DNA of 32,000 nucleotides from Paenibacillus melissococcoides (GTDB lineage Bacteria; Bacillota; Bacilli; Paenibacillales; Paenibacillaceae): NCBI RefSeq assembly GCF_944800085.1, contig NZ_CALYLO010000001.1, positions 1,727,266 to 1,759,265 of the forward strand, read 5' to 3'. Shown piece by piece: positions 24,508 to 32,000 of this stretch (position 1 is its first letter; each line of letters starts with the position of its first letter). The notes under the pieces were generated by a model. It saw only the letters and a program-made list of their open reading frames with translations, ran no database searches and was not told where the DNA came from. The position numbers and the translations under genes were made by a program.

Positions 24508-24957
24508 TTATTCATGAAGCTCCGTTCTAATCCTGTCCCTCCATTTCAATAGATTGGCGATTGCATGTTGTTCACCGCCCATGTAGATATCCTCAATGGT
24601 CATGGTCCAAGGTTTATAGTTCCGTATTCTTTCTTGATTGGGAAGAGGATTGGTTATTTTGCCTGCTTTGCTGACGAGTTCGCGATTTCTTTGCAGAATA
24701 TAGGCCGTGTCCCATTCATTATCATAGGCGTCAATAAATAAACGAACCAAGATCCGGTAACCTTCTTCTGTATAATTGGAGGGGTGCTTTATCATGTAAC
24801 AAGCAACCAGCCAAAAATGCAAGGCATACAATTCGGGATCGCGATGCTCCCAAGCAAGAGGAAAGCCGAATAGCTCGTAGCAGGAAAATCCGTCGAGACC
24901 TTGCGCTCCGCATTCCGCACATCTTCCTGACTCCATCACGGTGCTGTTGTCAACCAC
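24508..24957 (-). CDS. Conserved hypothetical protein (Cys-x2-Cys N-terminus; resembles DUF5946-type proteins), ~149 aa
   Basis: GGAGGG followed 9 nt later by GTG at 24957. Sequence: ..GRCAECGAQGLDGFSCYELFGFPLAWEHRDPELYALHFWLVACYMIKHP... The family assignment is from memory only. Confidence 0.5.
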   Translation of the reverse strand: MVDNSTVMESGRCAECGAQGLDGFSCYELFGFPLAWEHRDPELYALHFWLVACYMIKHPSNYTEEGYRILVRLFIDAYDNEWDTAYILQRNRELVSKAGKITNPLPNQERIRNYKPWTMTIEDIYMGGEQHAIANLLKWRDRIRTELHE

Positions 24958-25196
24958 TTTGGATCGCCCTCCGATCAAAACTGCTGTTTATTCAAGTTTA
25001 CAACCATACCGTAACGTAAGGTCAAGCTTATTTTTGTTTCGCTGGTCGTGGAGACGCTGTACCATGGAGTGGGGGAAGCAGCACCAGAGCAGCGTTCGTA
25101 AACAAAACCGGGCTTGTTGAATAGGAGCACCATGTCAGACAACGGGAGATAGCCAAGCTGATTGGCACGAAATTTCATAATGAGAGGATGTTGACG

Positions 25197-25451
25197 ATGA
25201 AGGAATCAGTAACGATTCAGCAGCCCCCATCTTATGGCCCGCTTGGCCATTTGCCTTTGATTGACAAAAACAATCCGACCCTCTCTCTGTGCAAGCTGTG
25301 CATTGCCTCACTCCCAAAGAGCGGAAAATATTTGAGGCTTGCTTTTTTCGCCAACTGAGTCCAGAGGACATCGCGTCCATGTACCAAATGACAACCGGCT
25401 CCATTTATACTTATATACACCTCTCCCGCCATAAGTTTCGAAAAGAGCATG
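25197..25451 (+). pseudogene. Fragment of a sigma-70/ECF-type sigma factor (region 4 only), frameshifted
   Basis: Region-4 HTH: LTPKERKIFEACFFRQLSPEDIASMYQMTTGSIYTYIHLSRHKFRKE (ORF 25289..). The preceding part is in another frame (from ATG 25197). No region 2 is present. Confidence 0.45.
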
Positions 25452-26310
25452 CCCGTGCCTCCTTGGGGATATTGCCTCCGAAACAAGGGTTTTCATTGAC
25501 GAAAAGCAGTGTTTTGACATTGCCGGACTGGCCGGCGCAGCCTTCCATAAAATGCCGAGACCAAACGTTATGCGTCGCTTTACTTGCGCGGCGTTCCATT
25601 CGATGGGGAAGCCAAGCGATTAACGCTGCTGGCTTCGTACGCTTAGGAACAGGCTGACGGAATCGATAGAGAAGGTAGGCTCATTCGTACCGTTTGTCCG
25701 CACCTTGGAGATGCTGTTGCAAGAGATTCTTGAAAACTGTGCCTCATGTTTGGAACAAGCAAATGAACTTGAAGCGGCTGCCGTGGGATACATGGAAAAA
25801 GCGCTCACCTTGCTGATCGATGAGAAGGGACGATAACCATGACGGAAATCCGATTTTTACGCAAATTGCATACAACATAAAAATGTGATCGCTGCGAAGG
25901 AATCATTTGAACGAGCAAACCCGGGTATCCAAATTATTATTAAGCAATTCAAATAATTATTTTGAGATGATGCAGGCTTATAAGTCCGATTGCCCGGCCG
26001 ATATGATAGAGACCGGCGGGTTTCAAGTGATCGAGTGTCATTCTTGGATGCCCCGATCTCGAAATCGCAATCGGAACGACGAGGTTTGACAGAACACCGG
26101 ATTGGGTCCCGCTACTTGAAGGAGCTTGATCAGGTGCAGATTAGCGGCTTTTTTCTGAATAAGAAGTGGAATGCTTCCCGGCAGCTTATTAACGATGATA
26201 GTCGCAAAATGATTGTGGATGGTGCTAAGGTGGCGCAGACATTACGATATTGGACGAGGACGAGGTATACATGACTCGATGAATCGGTTAGGGCTTCCGC
26301 AATCGCCGCC

Positions 26311-26580
26311 ATGAATGATAACGTCCATTCCGTGAAGGGGGGATTTTGGTTGAATCGGATATATGCGATGCTGAAGGATCATTATGCTATTGACGGTGCG
26401 GAGGTCATCCCGCAGCAAGGCGGATGGTCCGCGCTCGCCTATAAAGTAGGTACGGCCCGGCATGATCGTCCACAGCCTGTTCAATACGATTGCCGTGGCG
26501 CTAGGTTAACGAAGGTCTATATTTCGATAAACCATGCCCGAAATGAAAATAAAATCATGACCGACAAAACGCCTTTATAA
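26311..26580 (+). pseudogene. N-terminal fragment of a phosphotransferase (APH/CotS-like) family gene, truncated
   Basis: LNRIYAMLKDHYAIDGAEVIPQQGGWSALAYKV...LTKVY resembles the N-terminal lobe of APH-family kinases. The remaining ~250 aa are absent. Confidence 0.35.
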
Positions 26581-26806
26581 CTTCTTCACAACTTGCAAAT
26601 ACGATCTTCATATCTCTCCTTTATATTATAACCATAAGTCCAGCGGTATGATGTCAAGTCCCTGATTGATGAGAATTGGAAAATTTCCTTGGCGTGCAGC
26701 AGGATCAATCCCAAAAAAGGCATCACCAAACTAGACCCAGTCGAAAATTAAGTAAAATACCATAATTTAACTGGGAATTAGAGAAGAAAATTCATGAGCC
26801 AAGGCA

Positions 26807-28051
26807 TTATTGCTCTGTCGGCTTCACCTTCCTTCTGGGCGTATAGAGTTGGTCGTTGCGTAGCAGCACATCGACCAGACGCACAAGTTTTCTTGCCGTT
26901 AAGACGAGGGCACGTTTGTGTTGATGCTTAGGGACTTCATTGAATTTCTTCCGGTAGTACTCCCCGAATTCCGGGTCGCGGTTTTTTACCGAGTTGGCAG
27001 CTTCAACAAGGTAGTAGCGAAGGAATCGGTTGCCGGAACGAATGCGCTTTGTATCTTCCGCCTCGAAGGAGCCGGATTGGTGCTTGCGCCACGTCAGACC
27101 CGCATACTTGGCCAAGGCGGCTTGATCCGTGAAGCGGTCGATGTCGCCGATCTCGGCCAGGATGCCTGCGGCATAGACCCGATCAATGCCCGGAATGGAA
27201 CGGAGGCACTGGCTGCTGGAAATGCCGTCTAAAATGCGCTCAATCGCCTTGTCGAGCTCTTTAAGCTGACTCTGGATGCTCCGGATCGACTGAATTGAGG
27301 TGCCCAGCACCAAATCAATGGAATCCTCGACAACCTTCGAGAGACGGTACGAGGCCCGAGCCGCCTTTTGAATACAGCGGGCGACGTGTTCGGGATCGGG
27401 GAAACGATTTCTCCCCTTGTCCTTGAGATAGTCAGCCAAACGGGCGACATCCATATTCGCCATCTCATCCAGACTGTACTTTTCCGAGAGCATTTCCATG
27501 ATGGCATGGCCGAACACGGAACTGTCCACCTCCGCGCGAAAAGCATTGCACTTGTAGAACAGATTTTGCAAAAAGTATTGCTTCTCGCGGGTAAGGTTGT
27601 GTACGAGATGGAATCGCATGCGAGTGAGCCGCTGCAAGGCGATGTACTGTTCCTGCATCACGATAGTCGTCGTGAGTCTGCCAAAACGCAGGCGGTCTGC
27701 AATGATCCAGGCATCGATGCGATCGGTTTTGTCCAGGTCGGCATAAGCGTCTTTGAATTTGTTAATCAGCTTCGGATTAATGGTGAACACCTTGGCATTC
27801 AATTGTTGAAGGGCCTCATCTTCATGCAAGTACATGGCTGGATGCCAGCTGTAGACGGATGTGGCTTCAAGCCCGATATGAACCTCAGAGCAGGCTGTCT
27901 TGACCGCAGCAGAAATGATGCGATCCCGCAAGTAAGAGGCGCCGTGCAGATTGTTGGTGGTCTTGAAGGTCTCCAGGGTGTCGCCATCCGATTTCATCAA
28001 ACAGGCTTCCAGTTCTTCGGAACTGACGTCAATACCGACAAAAAGCTTCAA
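26807..28051 (-). CDS. IS110-family transposase (DEDD recombinase), 414 aa
   Basis: GGAGGA RBS and TTG start. MKLFVGIDVSSEELEACL (DEDD_Tnp_IS110 N-terminus). C-terminal Transposase_20-like LRSIPGIDRVYAAGILAEIGDIDRF. Confidence 0.9.
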   Translation of the reverse strand: MKLFVGIDVSSEELEACLMKSDGDTLETFKTTNNLHGASYLRDRIISAAVKTACSEVHIGLEATSVYSWHPAMYLHEDEALQQLNAKVFTINPKLINKFKDAYADLDKTDRIDAWIIADRLRFGRLTTTIVMQEQYIALQRLTRMRFHLVHNLTREKQYFLQNLFYKCNAFRAEVDSSVFGHAIMEMLSEKYSLDEMANMDVARLADYLKDKGRNRFPDPEHVARCIQKAARASYRLSKVVEDSIDLVLGTSIQSIRSIQSQLKELDKAIERILDGISSSQCLRSIPGIDRVYAAGILAEIGDIDRFTDQAALAKYAGLTWRKHQSGSFEAEDTKRIRSGNRFLRYYLVEAANSVKNRDPEFGEYYRKKFNEVPKHQHKRALVLTARKLVRLVDVLLRNDQLYTPRRKVKPTEQ

Positions 28052-28330
28052 GAGAATTCCTCCTTTCTATAAGGGATTCAGGGAACGGACTCTCCGGACT
28101 GTCTCCGGCGCACTCGCCGATCAATCACCCTCGCATATGAGAACACGCTTCGGTTCATGAGCTGCCCCGACGCTGCTACAGTCGGGCATGAGTTGCCGAA
28201 GGGAACAGCCAGCGGGTAAGAAGTGCAAGCGAGTACCGGAGAAACAGACTTAAAAAGTAGATTGGACTACAGGAGGGAGACGAATTTCCCCGAATGGAAC
28301 CCTAAGTTCCATTGTCCAGAGACATTCCGG
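28052..28330 (-). ncRNA. Candidate IS110 bridge-RNA region (5' non-coding arm of the element)
   Basis: No ORF. Multiple hairpins, e.g. AATGGAAC-ctaa-GTTCCATT (28303-28322) and an imperfect TGCCCCGAC ... GTCGGGCA (28163-28186). The position upstream of the recombinase matches the published IS110-subgroup architecture. Confidence 0.3.
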
Positions 28331-28459
28331 AAAGTCCAGTCCCCATATTAATTTTCAATGTGCAAGCTGGAAATTTTGAAGGCATTCTATGTTCCTATAA
28401 AGGACTGGAAAAAGACTCAAAACTGCCTTCAGGAAATACTATACGAGGAGGAGATACGA

Positions 28460-28726
28460 ATGAAAAAAGTATGGCTTGGCATAACCGCCTTGGTCTTGGT
28501 GATGGGAATTGGAGCAGCCGGCGCATATGCTGCATCACCCGATAATAATGCGGGCGGGGACCGCAGCGACTTTGAACAGATGCTGCCGTTCGCGAAGCAA
28601 ATGCACCCCGACCTCTCGGATCAACAGATTGAGCAGATGTACAACAACTGTCACAAAGGCAATGGCATGGGACGGGGAATGATGACCAATTCCCAATGGC
28701 GCGGCAGTATGATGAATTTCAATTAA
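28460..28726 (+). CDS. Small secreted protein, 88 aa, Met/Gly-rich C-terminus
   Basis: GAGGAGGAG RBS. Signal peptide MKKVWLGITALVLVMGIGAAGAYA|A. Mature part: ..MLPFAKQMHPDLSDQQIEQMYNNCHKGNGMGRGMMTNSQWRGSMMNFN. Confidence 0.65.
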   Translation: MKKVWLGITALVLVMGIGAAGAYAASPDNNAGGDRSDFEQMLPFAKQMHPDLSDQQIEQMYNNCHKGNGMGRGMMTNSQWRGSMMNFN

Positions 28727-28738
28727 TACTGTGCTATG

Positions 28739-28767
28739 ATAGGCCTCGCGAATATCGCTAGGCCTAT
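28739..28767 (+). terminator. Hairpin (8+4 bp stem, 3-nt loop) followed by a T/A-rich tract, between the small secreted-protein gene and the response regulator
   Basis: ATAGGCCTCGCGA ata TCGCTAGGCCTAT ctttatatat. Confidence 0.4.
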
Positions 28768-28795
28768 CTTTATATATATGGTGAGGTTGATACGT

Positions 28796-29503
28796 ATGGA
28801 CCGTGCAAAAATTTTGATTGTCGATGATGAGCCTGATATCCTTCAGGTGATTAAAGCCTATCTGGAGAAAAATGACTACCTTGTGTATGAGGCAGATACA
28901 GGGAAGGGGGCGCTGAGTCTGTGGGAGCATCTGCGGCCTGACCTGATCATATTGGACTTGATGCTGCCTGATATGTCCGGCGAAGAAATCTGCAGAACCA
29001 TCCGCAAGACATCCAACGTTCCCATCCTGATGCTGACCGCCAAAAGCAGTGAGGACGATATGGTAAATGGAATTCTGATCGGCGCCGACGATTATATTAC
29101 GAAGCCGTTCAGCCCCCGAGAGCTGGTGGTGCGGGTGATTAGCTTATTGCGCAGAGCGCGGCTTCCCGTCGCGCCGCAGCAAGAAAAGCCTCTTTCCTTC
29201 GGCAACAACCATCTGTCCATCGATTCCCAACGGCATGAAGTGAAAGTCAGGGGGCAGCTTGTCTCGCTCACACCCATTGAATTCAAATTGCTTGAGCTTC
29301 TGGCAAAGCACCCCAAGCGAGCGTTCAGCCGCCTGGAACTCGTTAACCTTATCCAAGGGGACACGTTTGAGGGATTTGAGCGCACGATCGATGTTCATAT
29401 TAAAAACATCAGGCAAAAAATAGGGGATAACCCGAGAAAACCGGCATTTATTGCGACGGTTTTTGGCGTCGGTTATAAATTTCAGGTGAATCCGGATGAA
29501 TAA
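28796..29503 (+). CDS. OmpR/PhoB-family response regulator, ~235 aa
   Basis: GGTGAGG RBS before the ATG at 28796. Receiver: KILIVDDEPDI..DLMLPDMSG..LTAK. Winged helix: LTPIEFKLLELL...VFGVGYKF. Confidence 0.88.
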   Translation: MDRAKILIVDDEPDILQVIKAYLEKNDYLVYEADTGKGALSLWEHLRPDLIILDLMLPDMSGEEICRTIRKTSNVPILMLTAKSSEDDMVNGILIGADDYITKPFSPRELVVRVISLLRRARLPVAPQQEKPLSFGNNHLSIDSQRHEVKVRGQLVSLTPIEFKLLELLAKHPKRAFSRLELVNLIQGDTFEGFERTIDVHIKNIRQKIGDNPRKPAFIATVFGVGYKFQVNPDE

Positions 29504-30872
29504 GAGCGGACTTCGGAAAAAGCTGTTGTTGTCGCATATCGGGGTAGCGCTCACATCGCTGCTGACCATAACGCTTCTTGTCTACTTGGTCATGACGTTT
29601 GCCTTCGGCCAGTATATGAAGAATCAGCAGCAAGCCGAAGCCGATACGCTGCTGAAAGATCTGGCGGCCTCCTACAACGCGGAAGCAGGCGGGTGGACGA
29701 TGGGCTCGCTCATGCAAATTTCCCATCAAGCCATGCTCCGTAATTATACCGTCAAAATCTACGACGACAGGAATAAATTGATCTGGGATACAAGCAACAT
29801 GGGGATGATGCCGGGAGGCACGGACACAGGATATGAGAGCGGCGGTAACGACAATATCATTTCCACAAGCATTATGAAAAACGGGCAAAAAATCGGCAGG
29901 CTCGAAATTCAAGGAATCGAGAGCGCATTTGCCTCCCAAAATCAACAGTTCCTGCGGTTGTTCAACTCGTTATTATGGGGTGCCCTCCTTCTCGTGATCG
30001 TTGGCGTCTCCCTCTTTAGCGTCTTCATGGCGAATAGTTTAAGCCGCCCGCTCATGCGAATCAAACAGATTGCCACCCGAATGAGAACCGGAGATTTGTC
30101 TTCACGGGTTGCCCTGGCGAGCCCGAGAACAGAAATCGACGAGGTGGGCTTGGCGTTGAATCACCTGGCGGATGCCCTGGAGCAGCAGGATAAGCTGCGC
30201 AAAAATTTGACGGCCGATATCGCGCATGAATTGCGCACGCCATTAGCGACGATTCAAAGCCATATCGAAGCTTTTCAGGATGGGGTGTGGCAAGCCACGC
30301 CTGACAAGCTGGAGGTATGCCATGAGCAAGTGATGCGATTGGTGAAGCTCATCCATGATCTTGAGAAGCTGACGGCGGTCGAGAATCCGATGCTGCAGCT
30401 GCAAAAAAATATGGTGTCGCTGAATGAAGTGATTCGGGAGTCCGTGAAAACGGTAAGCGGCCAGTTTGAAGATAAAAAGATTTCCATCGATATACAGCAA
30501 GACCAGGAAGTTTTTTTGACCGGCGATTATGTAAGGCTCGTTCAAGTTTTTGTGAACCTGTTGAATAACGCCTATAAATATACGAACGAGGGCAATATTC
30601 GCGTCGTTATATCCGAAGAGCCGGCCTATGCGAAGGTCACCATTTCGGATACGGGAACAGGCATCGGCCAAGAGGAACTTCCGTTTATATTTGAACGATT
30701 TTATCGGGGCGAGAAATCCCGCAACCGGAAAACCGGCGGAGCCGGGATCGGACTGGCCATCGTCAAAGCGATCGTGGAGGCGCATGGAGGGCATATTGCC
30801 GTCCAAAGCGCGGTTGGCCAAGGCAGCCAGTTCTCCGTTCGTCTTCCAAAATCAGACAGAAGCACATTCTAG
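29496..30872 (+). CDS. Sensor histidine kinase (2 TM, extracytoplasmic loop, HAMP, HisKA, HATPase_c), 458 aa
   Basis: 8-nt overlap with the RR gene. H-box ADIAHELRTPLATI, N-box LLNNAYKYT, G-boxes DTGTGI and GGAGIGLAIV. Confidence 0.88.
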   Translation: MNKSGLRKKLLLSHIGVALTSLLTITLLVYLVMTFAFGQYMKNQQQAEADTLLKDLAASYNAEAGGWTMGSLMQISHQAMLRNYTVKIYDDRNKLIWDTSNMGMMPGGTDTGYESGGNDNIISTSIMKNGQKIGRLEIQGIESAFASQNQQFLRLFNSLLWGALLLVIVGVSLFSVFMANSLSRPLMRIKQIATRMRTGDLSSRVALASPRTEIDEVGLALNHLADALEQQDKLRKNLTADIAHELRTPLATIQSHIEAFQDGVWQATPDKLEVCHEQVMRLVKLIHDLEKLTAVENPMLQLQKNMVSLNEVIRESVKTVSGQFEDKKISIDIQQDQEVFLTGDYVRLVQVFVNLLNNAYKYTNEGNIRVVISEEPAYAKVTISDTGTGIGQEELPFIFERFYRGEKSRNRKTGGAGIGLAIVKAIVEAHGGHIAVQSAVGQGSQFSVRLPKSDRSTF

Positions 30873-30905
30873 CTCTTTCATGTTCAGCATGACCATCCAC
30901 TGTAA

Positions 30906-30956
30906 TAATATTACTGGCTATGGAGTACACATCTAATATTACTGGCTCAATATTAC
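30906..30956 (+). promoter_or_regulatory. Direct repeats: TAATATTACTGGCT x2 (28-bp period) plus a third AATATTAC, upstream of the dehydrogenase gene
   Basis: Repeats at 30906-30919 and 30934-30947 are identical. The partial third copy is at 30949-30956. Confidence 0.35.
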
Positions 30957-30989
30957 AGGAGAGACTATGGGTGAAAGGATTCGATAGGT

Positions 30990-32000
30990 TTGAAAGCGGT
31001 ACAGTTTAATGTTGCCATACCGCAATATGTATTGTGCAAAGCGCTCGGGCGGCTTATTCCATCTCTTTATATTGGACCATTATCATGTACTCGTTATCGG
31101 GACGTCCCTGAACCGAAGCTGCCCGATGAAGAATGGGTAAAAGTTAAAGTCAAATACGGCGGAATTTGCGGCAGCGATCTGAACCTTATTTTTCTTCACG
31201 ACAGCCCGGCCACCTCTCCATTTGCCTCCTTTCCCTTCACGATCGGGCATGAAGTGGTAGGCGTAATCGATGAAGTGGGACAGAAAGTATCTGGTATTCA
31301 ACGAGGGGAACGAGTAATAGTCGATCCGATCTTATCGTGTATGGCTAGGGGATTTCATGAAGCTTGTCCGGCTTGCCGCCGAGGAGACTTGAGTCTGTGC
31401 GAACGCATGGCTTCGGGACATATCTCTCCAGGACTGCTCATCGGAGGTTGCCGGGATACCGGTGGAAGCTGGAGCCCGTATCTGGTCGCTCATCACAGTC
31501 AGATCTTCAAAGTGCCCGCCACAGTCAGTGATCGGAACGCGATTATGACCGATCCGTTTGCTACGGCGTTGCATGCGATAATGCGGGATCCCCCGCGTGA
31601 CAGTGACACGGTACTCGTCATTGGAGCCGGAGTTATCGGCATATGCGTGATAGCTGCCCTTCGTGCACTTGATTATTCCAATCGAATTATTGTTTTGGCG
31701 AAGCATCCTTTTCAGATGGAACTGGCCCGGCTGTATGGAGCCAGCGAGAATTTTCAATTGACAAACGGTTCCGAATGCTACGAACAATTGGCTCAACTCC
31801 TCGGAGCTAAGGTGTTACCACCTCTATTCGGCAAACCGGTGATACAGGGAGGAGCAGATATTACATACGAGTGCGTGGGCCGGGATCGAAGCATTGATGA
31901 TGCGTTGCGTTTTACGAAGAGCGGCGGGAAGGTAAAGCTCTTGGGAGTTGTAGCGGCGCATTTTTTTTGGCAATGTTTATCAAGATATTTGGCAAAATTG
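30990..32000 (+). CDS. Zn-dependent alcohol/threonine/sorbitol dehydrogenase family protein (MDR), 5' part, open at the window end
   Basis: Not in the ORF track because there is no stop in the window. TTG at 30990: MKAVQFNVAIPQYVL... Motifs: GGICGSDL, TIGHEVVGVI, structural-Zn cysteines CPACRRGDLSLC, Rossmann VIGAGVIGI. Confidence 0.75.
   Translation, partial: MKAVQFNVAIPQYVLCKALGRLIPSLYIGPLSCTRYRDVPEPKLPDEEWVKVKVKYGGICGSDLNLIFLHDSPATSPFASFPFTIGHEVVGVIDEVGQKVSGIQRGERVIVDPILSCMARGFHEACPACRRGDLSLCERMASGHISPGLLIGGCRDTGGSWSPYLVAHHSQIFKVPATVSDRNAIMTDPFATALHAIMRDPPRDSDTVLVIGAGVIGICVIAALRALDYSNRIIVLAKHPFQMELARLYGASENFQLTNGSECYEQLAQLLGAKVLPPLFGKPVIQGGADITYECVGRDRSIDDALRFTKSGGKVKLLGVVAAHFFWQCLSRYLAKL

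Larger units (their letters stand above)
26700..28340 (-). mobile_element. IS110-family insertion sequence (boundaries approximate; the family lacks classical IRs)
   Basis: Transposase plus ~280 nt of structured 5' non-coding sequence. The ends cannot be fixed from one copy. Confidence 0.55.

Noticed and set aside
24975-25178. 67-aa minus-strand ORF (MKFRANQLGYLPLSDMVLLFNKPGFVYERC...) overlapping the start of the 24508..24957 gene.
   Set aside because: It could be a GNAT-like C-terminal remnant or a real small gene. With no RBS or motif I could verify, I treated it as part of the decayed region.
31950-32000. The last ~45 nt of the window (after a T8 run at 31961-31968) no longer read like a Zn-dehydrogenase (..LLGVVAAHFFWQCLSRYLAKL). 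This may be a junction with another element or a frameshift.
   Set aside because: The stretch is too short and runs off the window. I cannot distinguish natural divergence, a homopolymer error and an insertion without downstream sequence.
1-32000. Search for CRISPR arrays, tRNA/rRNA genes and obvious riboswitch leaders.
   Set aside because: I saw no regularly spaced short repeats with unique spacers, no cloverleaf-like or rRNA-like segments, and no recognisable riboswitch cores by eye.

Overview
This is a chromosomal segment that looks like Paenibacillus (an inference from gene content and composition). It is dominated by cell-envelope antibiotic resistance genes and mobile DNA.

Gene content, left to right:
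- A bcrABC-type bacitracin resistance operon (84-2388).
- A frameshifted copper-amine-oxidase-N-domain surface protein (2921-3882).
- A five-gene module (4179-8172): an unannotated 59-aa two-TM peptide, an ABC ATPase, a polytopic permease, an AgrC-like (HPK10) kinase and a LytTR response regulator.
- A divergent DMT transporter and XRE-cupin regulator pair (8238-9905).
- A vanA-type glycopeptide resistance island (about 9906-19075).
- A metallophosphoesterase and an MGDG-synthase-like glycosyltransferase.
- An orphan AAA+ (CbbQ/NorQ/MoxR-like) plus VWA (NorD/CobT-like) pair, behind a consensus promoter and a palindromic operator (21684-24023).
- A zone of decayed gene fragments (about 24980-26600).
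- An IS110-family element (transposase 26807-28051) with a structured 5' non-coding arm.
- A small secreted Met-rich protein followed by an OmpR/HisKA two-component system (28460-30872).
- The 5' part of a Zn-dependent dehydrogenase, which runs off the window end.

Structure of the van island: vanR, vanS, IS, vanW relic, vanH, vanA, vanX, a GC-rich spacer, vanY (frameshifted and split by a second IS copy), vanZ, then a truncated Tn1546-like right inverted repeat.

The most interesting signals are structural:
1. The island sits between two diverged 275-bp direct repeats of the cupin gene's 3' end.
2. Its right junction is a Tn1546-like IR missing its outer 5 nt, joined through a 6-bp microhomology.
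3. Two nearly identical, directly oriented 832-bp IS5-family copies bracket vanHAX.
4. An internally deleted vanW relic lies between vanS and vanH.

All homology statements rest on reading the translations and on my memory of reference proteins. No database search was possible.
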